Below are positions 1 to 11,703 of a stretch of DNA of 64,000 nt, one piece after another (within the stretch, counting starts at the first letter, position 1; each line of letters starts with the position of its first letter). The translations under genes and the position numbers were made by a program. This stretch comes from Octopus vulgaris. Taxonomy: Eukaryota. The stretch is from assembly GCA_951406725.2 (NCBI GenBank), contig OX597836.1, forward strand, positions 28,148,001-28,212,000, in the 5' to 3' direction. The notes below the pieces were generated by a model. That model worked only from the letters and a program-made list of their open reading frames with translations, searched no databases and had not been told where the DNA came from.

Positions 1-115
1 TGAATAAGTACTAGGCTTACAAAGAATAAGTCCTGGGAGTCGATTTGTTCGACTAAAGGTGGTGCTCCAGCATGACCCCAATCAAGTGACTGAAACAAAT
101 AAAAGAATAAAAGAA
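1..115 (+). mobile_element. 3' part of SINE family A (tRNA/CORE-like, octopus OR-type)
   Basis: GAATAAGTACTAGGCTTACAAAGAATAAGTCCTGGG...GGTGCTCCAGCATG...GACTGAAACAA tail shared with about 20 other copies in the window. Confidence 0.8.
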
Positions 116-122
116 GATAGAC

Positions 123-182
<60 letters not shown>

Positions 183-217
183 GGATGGATGGATGGATGG
201 ATGGATGGATGGATAGA
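116..217. repeat. (GATA)n/(GGAT)n microsatellite
   Basis: Direct reading. Confidence 0.95.
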
Positions 218-341
218 TTACATATATAATATTGCATGGAAAAATGCGAGCAAACCTGGAAAATTACAGGACAAGTTATTACACTTGGAAAAGTTCAGGA
301 CATCTGATAAAGTACAGAACAAGAAAATTTTTTATTTAAAA

Positions 342-639
342 CTAGCAGTATCGCCCGGCGTTGCTCGGGTTTGTAAGGGAAATAACTATATAAGCATTTT
401 TAGAGAGTTACTTCCCTTATATAATAGCAAAAAATGCATTAAAAATGGGGTAAAATGATGGTAAATTTTTTTTTAAATCGTAGACTCATCGTAGACGCGC
501 GCTAATACCTAGAAGGGCTCGATATGAATCACGACTATAAGATACCCGCTTTTGGTTACACTGCACCGCAAAATATGGGAGTAGTTAGGAATCTAAATCG
601 TAGGAGACAGACACACAACTTTACTTTTATATATAAAGA
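342..639 (-). mobile_element. Non-autonomous Helitron-like element, copy 1
   Basis: On the minus strand starts TC(TTTATATATAAAAG) and ends with hairpin CCCGAGCAACGCCGGG followed by CTAG; no TSD. Confidence 0.75.
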
Positions 640-1016
640 CTAGCAGTATCGCCCGGCGTTGCTCGGGTTTGTAAGGGAAATAACTATATAAGCATTTTTA
701 GAGAGTTACTTCCCTTATAGATGCCAATTCGGGCTTTCTTAGCCATTTCTGTTTTGGTGTCTTCAAGCCATGAAGTCGTTGTTCTAAAAGAACGCTGGTC
801 TCCTTGACAACGCTTTACGACGTTGATTTCCTTAAACTCCCTTCCCCACAGCTTCACGAGGGAGGGAAGAAGGGGAGAAGCAAACAGGTGCAGGTGTGAC
901 CATGGACGCCAACTCCGCCGCCATCGACACACGAAAAAATATGCATTAAAATGGAATAAAAAATTATGTTAAATTATTTTTAAAATCGTAGACTCATCTA
1001 GTTTTATATATATAGA
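640..1016 (-). mobile_element. Non-autonomous Helitron-like element, copy 2 (head-to-tail with copy 1)
   Basis: Same 3' hairpin plus CTAG at 640-670, 5' TCTATATATATAAAAC at 1016; different internal segment. Confidence 0.72.
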
Positions 1017-1219
1017 TTAGTTTTTATTAAAACAAAAAAAAAATTATTACAAGTTATGAGGGAGGAGGAAGGTAAAAGTAAAGAGGCGTCTCACGCGCGC
1101 GTTACAAAAGCAGACGACAAGATGTCTGTTTGTTATTAATTGTTGCTTCTCAGTCAATCACACACATTCACAGAAAAAAGATGCGAGAAAAAATAATGTT
1201 CAGTTACTCTCTCTCTCTT

Positions 1220-1250
<31 letters not shown>

Positions 1251-1669
1251 GAGAAGAAATGCCTGTCGCAAAGTGTGTTTCGTAAAAGATGGAAGTCTAT
1301 AGCAAGTATGTTGCGAGTGAAAGAACCTGTTTAATCGAGAATGTAAAAAAGGAGAAAGCAAAGTCTTCAGTGTGAGAATGTGGTTTGTGGGGTCGACCGC
1401 GTCCTCCGCTTCATTTTTTGTTAATCACTCATTCTCATTTAATTGTATATATTTTAATTGTTTGTTTATTCATATGTTTCGTCTCATTCGATACCCTGAC
1501 CCCAACGTTTGTTTTGTCCCCTCTTTTTCTCAACCTTATGGTGAATAAAGAAATACTCTCTCTCTCTCTCGCTCTCTCAGTCAATCACTCACTTATACAT
1601 TCAACGAAAATAGATGCGAGAAAAATCAATATGAAATGTTCACTGTCGGGAGGGAGCAACTTCACATTA

Positions 1670-2385
1670 TCACCTTCTTTTTTTTAGTAAACTTTGATAC
1701 TTCATTAATTCTTCTTTGTTAATAACTATATTTTCACAGGGGCGAGTTGCTGCACTCGCAAAATTTATCTTTGACTTTTCCTCTTGTGGAGTAGCCTCGC
1801 TAGACATCTTGTCGTCTGCTTCTGTAACGCTCGCGTGAGACGCCTCTTTACTTTCACCTTCCTCCTCCCTCATATTCGCCTTCATGCCTTCAAACAAATT
1901 TTCAAAGTTTTCCTCCGACTCGGAAGAAATTGGTGGCAAATTCGTGTTTTTTGCCGCTTGTTTAGTAGCCTCGCTAGACATCTTGTCGTCTGCTTTTGTA
2001 ATGCTCGCGTGAGACGCCTCTTTACTTTCACCTTCCTCCTCCCTCATATTCTCCTTCATGCCTTCAAACAAATTTTCAAAGTTTTCCTCCGACTCGGAAG
2101 AAATTGGTGGCAAATTCGTGTTTTTTGCCGCTTGTTTAGTAGCCTCGCTAGACATCTTGTCGTCTGCTTTTGTAACCTTCCTCCTCCCTCATATTCTCCT
2201 TCATGCCTTCAAACAAATTTTCAAGTTTCCTCCGACTCGGAAGAAATTTTCCGCTTGTTTAGTAGCCTCGCTAGACATCTTGTCGTCTGCTTTTGTAACC
2301 TTCCTCCTCCCTCATATTCTCCTTCATGCCTTCAAACAAATTTTCAAAGTTTTCCTCCGACTCGGAAGAAATTAGTGGTAAATTC
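1670..2385 (-). repeat. 177-bp tandem repeat with an open frame (59-aa acidic unit MSSEATKQAAKNTNLPPISSESEENFENLFEGMKENMREEEG...), probably TE-associated
   Basis: Two full and two internally deleted units; ORF 1670-2155; inverted partial copy at 1056-1127. Confidence 0.7.
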
Positions 2386-2599
2386 ATGTTTTTCGTCGCT
2401 TCCCCCCTTGAAACAAGGGGGAAAGAACAGCAAAACTCTGCTGTAACTGCAGAAAAGAAGTGGTCTCGACGACCAAAACAGCAAATTTTCAAAAATTTCA
2501 GCACAAAAACAATCTTTTACTGCGGAGCAAAGAATAACACGACCGATCAGAGAGAGAGAGATAGAACCTTATGGTGAATAAAGAAATTCTCTTTCCCTA

Positions 2600-2795
2600 T
2601 CTCCTTCTCTCACTCACTCTCTTTCTTTCTTTCTTTCTCTCTCTCTCTCGCAGTCAATCACTGAAAAAAGATGCGAGAAAAATAAATTTAAATTGTTCGC
2701 TGTCACTCACTCTCTCTTTCTCTCTATCTCCTCTCACTCTCTCTTTCTCTCTATCTCCTCTCACTCTCTCTCTCACTCACTCTCTTTCTCTTTCG

Positions 2796-2826
<31 letters not shown>

Positions 2827-2900
2827 TCATACACACACACATTCACACATACACACACACAACACACACTTTCTGTCTCGCACTCCACCATCAACACACA
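2600..2900. repeat. (CT)n/(CA)n low-complexity tract
   Basis: Direct reading. Confidence 0.9.
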
Positions 2901-2954
2901 CGTCTATGTGCATTTCTTCTCTCTCCCTTTATGCTGGTTTCATTTTTCGCCCGT

Positions 2955-3103
2955 CCAAAAGCGGGTATCTTATAGTCGTGATTCATATTGAGCCCTTCTG
3001 GGTATTAGCACGCGTCTACGATGAGTCTACGATTTAAAAAAAAATTAACCATCATTTTTTCCCATTTTTAATGCATTTTTTGCTATTTTTTGGCTATAAC
3101 TCT
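2955..3103 (+). mobile_element. Helitron-like fragment, inverse orientation to 342-639
   Basis: Reverse-complement match to about 403-555 (GCGGGTATCTTATAGTCGTGATTCATA...GATGAGTCTACGATTTAAAAAA). Confidence 0.75.
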
Positions 3104-3121
3104 TTACATTTCTGTTTCCAG

Positions 3122-3188
3122 CTCAATGAGGACATTATCACAGTAACAAACACTTCCTACGTAACAGGTGTTAAGCACGTCACATCAG
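3122..3188 (+). CDS. Probable internal exon of claudin/PMP22-like gene 1 (LNEDIITVTNTSYVTGVKHVTS, end of extracellular loop 1)
   Basis: Acceptor TTTCTGTTTCCAG, donor CAG|GTAAGA, 67 nt ending in phase 1 compatible with the next exon; unique sequence; N-T-S sequon. Confidence 0.6.
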
Positions 3189-3353
3189 GTAAGATTGGGG
3201 TGTTTCTTTTTTATCAGTTATGGATGCTGGTGTGGCTGCGTCTGTCCCTTTTATTAAACCCTAACACAGTCGAACCATCATGAAAGTTGTCTCAGACCTA
3301 CCATATTACCTAACTATCAACCCACATGCATGCACCAACCCCCGGTTGACACA

Positions 3354-3401
<48 letters not shown>

Positions 3402-3403
3402 TA

Positions 3404-3617
3404 AGGTGGTGATCTGGTAGAATCGTTTGCACGCTGGATGAAATACTTGGCGGTATTTCGCCCGTCGCTACGTTCCGGGTTCAAATTCCGCCATGGTCGA
3501 CTTTGCATTTCATCCTTTCGGGGTCGATAAATTGAGTACCAGTTACGCACTGGGGTCAATATAATCAACTAGTCACCTCCCTGCAAATTTCAGGCCTTGT
3601 GCCTTCAGTAGAAAGGA

Positions 3618-3619
<2 letters not shown>
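3404..3619 (+). mobile_element. SINE family B (tRNA-like head, GTCGACTTTGCCTTTCATCCTTTCGGGGTCGATAAA central domain)
   Basis: B-box-like GGGTTCAAATTCC and conserved central domain shared with many copies. Confidence 0.8.
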
Positions 3620-3648
<29 letters not shown>

Positions 3649-3655
3649 CATTATC

Positions 3656-3732
<77 letters not shown>
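3620..3732. repeat. (ATT)n/(TAA)n microsatellite
   Basis: Direct reading; abuts the 3' end of the Dong/R4-like element. Confidence 0.95.
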
Positions 3733-3733
<1 letters not shown>

Positions 3734-4358
3734 GACGTCGCACAGTATACAATATCGTGAGGTTGTTGATTGAAGATATTTGTACTGTCCATCAAGTCAC
3801 AACAAGGACCTCAGACAGACAGTACTTTACTCAATATGCGTGCAGTTCCAAGTAATGTTGACTTTTGCAATACTCCTAGATTGTAGGGTATTTCTAAAGT
3901 TTCCAGACGTTTCTTCAGATTGGGTGGTATTGAACCCAATGCTCCGATGACAATAGGGATAACCTTTATGTTTGACTCTCGCGGCTGCCACGTCTTAGCA
4001 ATCTCAATACTCAGGTCTCCATATTTATCAAACTTTACACTTTCTTTCATGATGATTTGTTGATCTCCTGGCACTGCCACATCAATTATAGGCACCCTTG
4101 TTTGCGCCTCCTAAAGGTTACTATATCTGGCATTCGATACTCCAATGCCTTGTCTGTCCGGAAGTCAAAATCCCAGAGGATTTTTGCTTTCCCCTTTTCG
4201 TCCATTACCTTTTCTGGTATGTCTTGGTACCAAGCACCTGTAACCTCATATCCATACTTACAACATAGCAGCCAGTGGAGGTTTTGGGCCACCTTGTCGT
4301 GTCTACGCTTGTATTCTTTCTGTGCAAGACTTTCACAAGCACTAACAATGTGAGGCAC
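3733..4358 (-). mobile_element. 5'-truncated RLE-type non-LTR retrotransposon (R4/Dong-like), C-terminal restriction-like endonuclease, frameshifted
   Basis: HIVSAC...YKRRHDKVA...LHW, ILWDFDFRTDK...PDIV, IIDVAVPGD, KYGDL, VIPIVIGALG motifs in ORFs 4086-4358 and 3811-4095; stop at 3811, short 3'UTR, then (TAA)n. Confidence 0.85.
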
Positions 4359-4473
4359 CGGTGGCGTTGCAACAGATTTCTACAGCTGAGTGAAGTGGAG
4401 CAGCATAAAATAAAGCGTCTCAACACACAGCCCGATATGGGAATCGAACTCACTACCTCATGACTGTGAGCCC

Positions 4474-4710
4474 ATGTATGCATGCATGTATGTTTGTAAG
4501 TATGCACGTGTGTATGTATGTATGTATGTATGTATGTACGTACGTACGTACGTATGTATGTATGCATGTATGTATGCATGTATGTATGTACGTATGTATG
4601 TATGTAGTATATAAGTATGTATGTATATAAGTATGTATGTATGTATGTATGCATGCATGTATGTATATATGCGTACATGCATGTATATATGCATCTATGT
4701 ATGTATGTCC
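4474..4710. repeat. (TATG)n-type microsatellite
   Basis: Direct reading. Confidence 0.9.
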
Positions 4711-4774
4711 TGTGTACGACTTTAAACTACATCCGGTAGTGGGGTTCTAATGCAGGGGTTCATCGTTCTCGCTG

Positions 4775-5011
4775 TCATCATCATCATCATCAACATCATC
4801 AATTCCATCATCACCATCATCACTACCACCACCGTCGCCGTCACTACCACTATCATCCTTATTCTCACCACCACCACTATCATCATCATCATTACCATCA
4901 TCATCAACAACAACTCCATCATCACCACCATGACCACCACAACAGCCACCCTCACCATCACGATCACTATCGTCATTATTATCACCACGACCATCACCAC
5001 CATTATCGTCG

Positions 5012-5060
<49 letters not shown>

Positions 5061-5091
5061 TATCATCACCACCACCACCATCATCATCATC

Positions 5092-5122
<31 letters not shown>

Positions 5123-5127
5123 CCACC

Positions 5128-5191
<64 letters not shown>

Positions 5192-5214
5192 TCACCACCA
5201 CCACCACCACCACC

Positions 5215-5248
<34 letters not shown>

Positions 5249-5435
5249 TCATCATCATTACCATCATCATCAACAACTCCATCATCACCATCACCACCAC
5301 CACCACCACCCCACCACCACCACCACAACAGTCACCATCACCATCACTATCGTCATTATTATCACCACGACCATCGCCACCATCACCACCACCACCATCA
5401 CCATCATCAACAACAACAAAAAGAATATCATCACG
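4775..5435. repeat. Compound (CAT)n/(CAC)n trinucleotide tract
   Basis: Direct reading; intronic, immediately upstream of the 5463 acceptor. Confidence 0.92.
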
Positions 5436-5462
5436 ACTTTTTTTTTTTTTCCTTTCTTGCAG

Positions 5463-5627
5463 ATGTCCCCGCCTGGTATGAAGTAGTCATGGCTTTCCAA
5501 GTTATTGGTTGTATATTCGCGTTCATGGCGCTGTTCATCACTCTCAGATGGACCATCAAACACTTCACAAGCGAGATCCAATGCGACTGCTACGGCAAAA
5601 TATCGTTGGCCGCCTACGTCATTGCTG
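5463..5627 (+). CDS. Internal exon of claudin/PMP22-like gene 1 (DVPAWYEVVMAFQVIGCIFAFMALFITLRWTIKHFTSEIQCDCYGKISLAAYVIA; TM2 to start of TM3)
   Basis: Strong acceptor T13-CCTTTCTTGCAG, donor CTG|GTGAGC, 165 nt phase 1-1, stop-free, hydrophobic helix after a P-x-W motif. Confidence 0.85.
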
Positions 5628-5709
5628 GTGAGCATCACTTTTGACCTCCATCCTCACACATCGTCGACAATATCATCGACATCATCATTGTCTATCATCA
5701 TCGTCGTCG

Positions 5710-7963
5710 TGGTCGAGCTGGCAGAAACGTTAGCACGCCGGGCGAAATGCGTGGCCGTATTTCGTCTGTCGTTACGTCCTGAGTTCAAATTCCGCCGAGG
5801 TCGACTTTGCCTTTCGTCCTTTCGGGGTCGATAAATAAAGTACTAGTTTCGCACTGGAGTCGATGTAATCGACTTAATCCCTTTGTCTGTCCTTGTTTGT
5901 CCCCTCTGTGTTTAGCCCCTTGTGGGTAGTAAAGAAATAAGTATTTCTTCTGTCGTTACGTTCAGAGTTCAAATTCCGTCGAGGTCGACTTTGCTTTTCG
6001 TCCTTTCGGGGTCGATAAATAAAGTAGTAGTTACGCACTGAGGTCGATGTAATCGACTTAATCCCTTTGTCTGTCCTTGTTTGTCCTCTCTGTGTTTAGC
6101 CCCTTGTGGGTAATAAAGAAATACGTATTTCGTCTGTTGTTACGTTCTGAGTTCAAATTCCGCCGAGGTCGACTTTGCCCTTCATCCTTTCGGGGTCGAT
6201 AAATAAAGTACTAGTTTCGCACTGGGGTCGATGTAATCGACTTAATCCCTTTGTCTGTCCTTGTTTGTCCCCTCTGTGTGTAGCTCCTTGTGGGCAGTAA
6301 ATAAATAAGAAACGTTAGCACGCCGGGCGAAATGCGTAGCCGTATTTCGTCTGTCGTTACGTTCTGAGTTCAAATTCCGCCGAGGTCGACTTTGCCTTTC
6401 ATCCTTTCGGGGTCGATAAATAAAGTACTAGTTTCGCACTGGGGTCGATGTAATCGACTTAATCCCTTTGTCTGTCCTTGTTTGTCCCCTCTGTGTTTAG
6501 CCCCTTGTGGGTAATAAAGAAATACGTATTTCGTCTGTCGTTACGTTCTGAGTTCAAATTCCGCCGAGGTCGACTTTGCCCTTCGTCCTTTCGGGGTCGA
6601 TAAATAAAGTACCAGTTTCGCACTGGGGTCGATGTAATCGACTTAATCCCTTTGTCTGTCCTTGTTTGTCCCCTCTGTGTGTAGCTCCTTGTGGGCAGTA
6701 AATAAATAAGAAACGTTAGCACGCCGGGCGAAATGCGTAGCCGTATTTCGTCTGTCGTTACGTTCTGAGTTCAAATTCCGCCGAGGTCGACTTTGCCTTT
6801 CATCCTTTCGGGGTCGATAAATAAAGTACTAGTTTCGCACTGGGGTCGATGTAATCGACTTAATCCCTTTGTCTGTCCTTGTTTGTCCCCTCTGTGTTTA
6901 GCCCCTTGTGGGTAATAAAGAAATACGTATTTCGTCTGTCGTTACGTTCTGAGTTCAAATTCCGCCGAGGTCGACTTTGCCCTTCATCCTTTCGGGGTCG
7001 ATAAATAAAGTACTAGTTTCGCACTGGGGTCGATGTAATCGACTTAATCCCTTTGTCTGCCCTTGTTTGTCCCCTCTGTGTGTAGCTCCTTGTGGGCAGT
7101 AAATAAATAAGAAACGTTAGCACGCCGGGCGAAATGCGTAGCCGTATTTCGTCTGTCGTTACGTTCTGAGTTCAAATTCCGCCGAGGTCGACTTTGCCTT
7201 TCATCCTTTCGGGGTCGATAAATAAAGTACTAGTTTCGCACTGGGGTCGATGTAATCGACTTAATCCCTTTGTCTGTCCTTGTTTGTCCCCTCTGTGTGT
7301 AGCCCCTTGTGGGTAATAAAGAAATACGTATTTCGTCTGTCGTTACGTTCTGAGTTCAAATTCCGCCGAGGTCGACTTTGCCCTTCGTCCTTTCGGGGTC
7401 GATAAATAAAGTACCAGTTTCGCACTGGGGTCGATGTAATCGACTTAATCCCTTTGTCTGTCCTTGTTTGTCCCCTCTGTGTGTAGCTCCTTGTGGGCAG
7501 TAAAGAAAGAAATATCATCGCCATCATCATTGTCTATCATCATCGTCGTCGTGGTCGAGCTGGCAGAAACGTTAGCACGCCGGGCGAAATGCGTGGCCGT
7601 ATTTCGTCTGTCGTTACGTTCTGAGTTCAAATTCTGCCGAGGTCGACTTTGCCTTTCGTCCTTTCGGGGTCGATAAATAAAGTACCAGTTTCGCACTGGG
7701 GTCGATGTAATCGACTTAATCCCTTTGTCTGTCCTTGTTTGTCCCCTCTGTGTTTAGCCCCTTGTGGGTAATAAAGAAATACGTATTTCGTCTGTCGTTA
7801 CGTTCTGAGTTCAAATTCCGCCGAGGTCGACTTTGCCCTTCGTCCTTTCGGGGTCGATAAATAAAGTACCAGTTTCGCACTGGGGTCGATGTAATCGACT
7901 TAATCCCTTTGTCTGTCCTTGTTTGTCCCCTCTGTGTTTAGCCCCTTGTGGGCAGTAAAGAAA
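5710..7963 (+). repeat. Tandem array of 11 SINE family B units with 401-bp higher-order periodicity
   Basis: TATTTCGTCTGTCGTTACG-type anchor recurs 11 times; short-unit anchors at 6126, 6527, 6928, 7329. Confidence 0.92.
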
Positions 7964-8146
7964 TGTATACTCCTCCTCTTCCACTTCCTCCTCCCGTTCA
8001 TCGATATTCCTCTTCTTCCTCGTCTTTCTCTTCCTCCCCTCCCCTTCCTAATTTCCGCTGCTCTAACCACTAGACCATGTGCCTCCACTGTGTATGTATG
8101 TGTGTGTCTGTGTGTGTATGTATGTATGTATGTATGTATGTATTTA

Positions 8147-8500
8147 TCTCTCTATATATAAACGGCAGTTTGTCTGTGTGTGTTTCTGTGTGTCTGTTAG
8201 GTTGTACCCTCACCCTGACCACGGCTTTCAACCGATTCTGATGAAACTTGACACACACATAGCCCAATGTCATAATTCAAAACTAACGCAGTTCCCCCAG
8301 TTCTGAAAAAAATCGATAAATTCGACATGGGGTCGAGAATCAGAAACACAAACCACAGACTGTCTAGGGGACGCAACTCGACCTTTTTAACTAAAAAAAT
8401 TTACCATCATTTTTTTTTCCATTTTTTGGCTATAACTCTCTAAAAATGCTTTATAGTTATTTCCCTTACAAACCCGAGCAACGCCGGGCGATACTGCTAG
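8147..8500 (+). mobile_element. Complete non-autonomous Helitron-like element
   Basis: Inserted between A8146 and T8501; 5' TC, 3' hairpin CCCGAGCAACGCCGGG then CTAG. Confidence 0.8.
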
Positions 8501-8551
8501 TGTATGTATATGTATATGGAATCATTGTCAACTTTTTCTCTAATCTTATAG

Positions 8552-8706
8552 GAATCTTCATTCTGCTGGGAATCATCATTTTGGTCGGCGAAACCGAGAC
8601 GAAGCAGATTGACTGGGCTCCAAGCGTATCCGGCTTCGGCGGAGCGTTTTGTATCATCGCTGCCAGCTTCATTCGATGGGGTCAACAAAAGGAATGTAGT
8701 TTATAG
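8552..8706 (+). CDS. Terminal coding exon of claudin/PMP22-like gene 1 (GIFILLGIIILVGETETKQIDWAPSVSGFGGAFCIIAASFIRWGQQKECSL*)
   Basis: Acceptor CTTTTTCTCTAATCTTATAG, phase 1 in frame with the previous exon; TM3 end, short loop, W-led TM4, stop TAG; AATAAA motifs near 8756-8769 and 9733. Confidence 0.85.
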
Positions 8707-9031
8707 TATAAAGAAGAAGAAAAAAAATTAAAATCAACACTTCGAAAAAAAAAAAAATAAACAATAAACGTTAAAAAGCAAAACAAACGAGAAAGAAAGA
8801 AGAAAAAAGGAAAATGACGTAAAGACTGTACGAGTTTGAAATCGCCATACTACCACTACTATTACTACTATCAAACACTTGAAACTACTACGACAAATAA
8901 ACTACGAACAGTACTAACACTACCACCGCAACTAGTGGTGCTACATTTTTATGAGAACAATATAAGGATTATCGCCACCGTTTTAGTAGAATCATATTTT
9001 TGTTCTACGCCTTTTATTTAAACACATACAT

Positions 9032-9152
<121 letters not shown>

Positions 9153-9230
9153 ATGCATGCATGTATGTATGCATGCATGCATGTATGTATGTATGCATGC
9201 ATGCATGTATGTATGCATGTATACATGTAA

Positions 9231-9287
<57 letters not shown>

Positions 9288-9298
9288 CATGCATGTAA

Positions 9299-9336
<38 letters not shown>

Positions 9337-9657
9337 ACATGTATACATGTAAATTTATACACACACACACACAGACATACACACAGACATACATACACAC
9401 ATACACACATACATACATACATACATACATACATACATACATACATACATACATACATACATACATACATACATACATACAAACAAACAAATTCCATTTT
9501 CCTGTTTTGATATTATTACTTGCAGAAAATATTTTCCATTATTTTCGACTATTTTGCATACTTCACAGTAATATAAAATCTACAACGCATTTGGAATACT
9601 AAAATAAGCCGATGTGCTTCAAAAGGACACGGTTTGGATTTTAATCTTACCTACATA

Positions 9658-9704
<47 letters not shown>

Positions 9705-9942
9705 TTAGTGTATATTTTGTATGTCGTGTTATAATAAAAACAATTTTATATTAAACTGAAGAATTTATTCAATGCTTTTATGAAGTGCGTATTTATTGTT
9801 CTTTTGCATGAAAATTGTTGACAGTGACTTCGAAGTTCCAGCCTGCTTAGACCTCATCAGGCCGACAGTGCGATAAAGGTAGAGCAGGTCTAAACTTTGA
9901 AGTCACTGTCGACACTATTCTTGTAAAAGTATAATGCATGTG

Positions 9943-10265
9943 AAGGCGCGTGACTCAATCGTTAGAGCATCGGACTCACAATCATGAGGTGGTGAGTTCG
10001 ATTCCCAGACTGGGCTGTGTGTTGTGTTCTTGGGCAAGACACTTTATTTCACGTTGCTCCAGTTCACTCATCTCCAGAAACTAATTAAATCATCACTAGT
10101 TCCAAGCTGTATCAGCCTTTGCCTTTCCCTTGGATAATAACAGAGAGGGGAGGCTGGTATGCATGGGCGACTGCTGGTCTTCCTTAAACAACCTTGCCCG
10201 GGCTTGTGTCTCAGAGGGTAACTCTCTAGGTACAATCCTATGGTCAATCGTGACTGCGGGGGGGG
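9943..10265 (+). mobile_element. SINE family E (tRNA head plus TTGAGCAAGACACTTTATTTCAC domain)
   Basis: A/B-box-like head (GAGTTCGATTCCC); related copies near 12800-13060, 48955-49290 and 56416-56655. Confidence 0.75.
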
Positions 10266-10270
10266 GGCTC

Positions 10271-10304
<34 letters not shown>

Positions 10305-10974
10305 AGCGCAGGAGTGGGTGTGTAATAATAAGCTTGCTAGCCAACCACATGGTTCGGGCTACTATAGCCTCGGGCCGACCAAAGCCTTGTGAGTGGATTT
10401 GGTAGATGGAAACTGAAAGAATCCTCTCGTGTATGTGTGTGTGTGTGTGTTATTTGTGACTGTTTGTCAACCCACCATCACTTGACAACCGATGTTGGTG
10501 TATTTACGTCCCCGTCATCTAGCGGTTCGGCAAGAAGGGTTCGATAGAATAAGTACTAAGCTTACAAAGAATAAGTCCTGGAGTCAATTTGTTCGACTAA
10601 AAGCGGTGCTCTAGCATGGCCGCAGTCAAATGACTGAAACAAGTAAAATAATATCTGAACGTGTGTGTGTGTGTGTATGTATGTTTGTGTGTGTGTGTGT
10701 GCGTGTGTGTGTATAGATGTGTTTAACCCCATCTACATAATCCCCTGTGTGCGTGTGCGTGTGCATGTGCGCGCGCATGTTTTGTAATAAAAACCACCAA
10801 TAGGCGCAGGAGTGACTGTGTGGCAAGTAGCTTGCTAACCAACCACATGGTTCCGAGTTCAGTCCCACTGCGTGACATCTTGGGCAAGTGTCTTCTGCTA
10901 TAGCCCCGGGCCGACCAATGCCTTGAGAGTGGATTTGGTAGACGGAAACTGAAAGAAGCCTGTCGTATATATGT

Positions 10975-11072
<98 letters not shown>

Positions 11073-11235
11073 GTATGTGTGTGTATATGTTTGTGTGTCT
11101 GTGTTTGTACCCCTAGCATTGCTTGACAACCGATGCTGGTGTGTTTACGTCCCCGTCAACTAGCGGTTCGGCAAAAGAGACCGATAGATAAGTACCATGG
11201 CCACATTCAAATGAGTGAAACAAGTAAAACAAAAC
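10305..11235 (+). mobile_element. Two SINE family A copies (about 10305-10650 and 10802-11235)
   Basis: GGCGCAGGAGTG head, B-box-like GAGTTCAGTCCC, CTTGGGCAAGTGTCTT, internal (TA)n/(TG)n, conserved tail. Confidence 0.85.
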
Positions 11236-11409
11236 AAAAAATTTAAATACAAGAAATTAGAAAAGTTCATTTTATGGATGCGTAAACTCAAGCCTTAACG
11301 AAACGCGTGCAAGGGAGTTAATTCAAACTATTTATAGTTACCCAAAGTTTTATTGTGGTCTATTGGGAGTTATGTCCCTTACATTTCAAATCTTTGTAAA
11401 CCTCTGAAA

Positions 11410-11703
11410 CAGGCGTTCTCAACCATTTTCTTACCTATGGAACCCTTTTATCAGAATTTTACTCTGGTGGACCCCTATAACCATTCAATCTTTATAAACT
11501 AGTTTTAAAGAAATTCTTTCAAAATTCTGATTTTGTTTTTCACACATTAAATTGTGTAGGTTGAACTACGTAAAACATACAAGAGAAAGATACATGCCAA
11601 TACATACATCTAAAGGAAATTTTTTTCAGGAGCTCTTGAAATACAATTGTGGATCCCCGTTGACCCCCAAAAATCTTATATGGACCCTGGTTGAGAACCA
11701 CTG
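11410..11703. mobile_element. hAT (Charlie-like) MITE
   Basis: TIRs CAGGCGTTCTCAACC / GGTTGAGAACCACTG; degenerate 8-bp TSD CTCTGAAA / CTCTAAAT. Confidence 0.75.

Noticed and set aside
4722-5481. Long poly-M/V, poly-D/G and poly-I/T ORFs
   Set aside because: Translations of a (CAT)/(CAC) microsatellite inside an intron; open only because the repeat lacks stops
11270-11312. CGAAACGCGT hammerhead 3' half
   Set aside because: No CTGANGA core upstream and no valid NUH triplet or stem I
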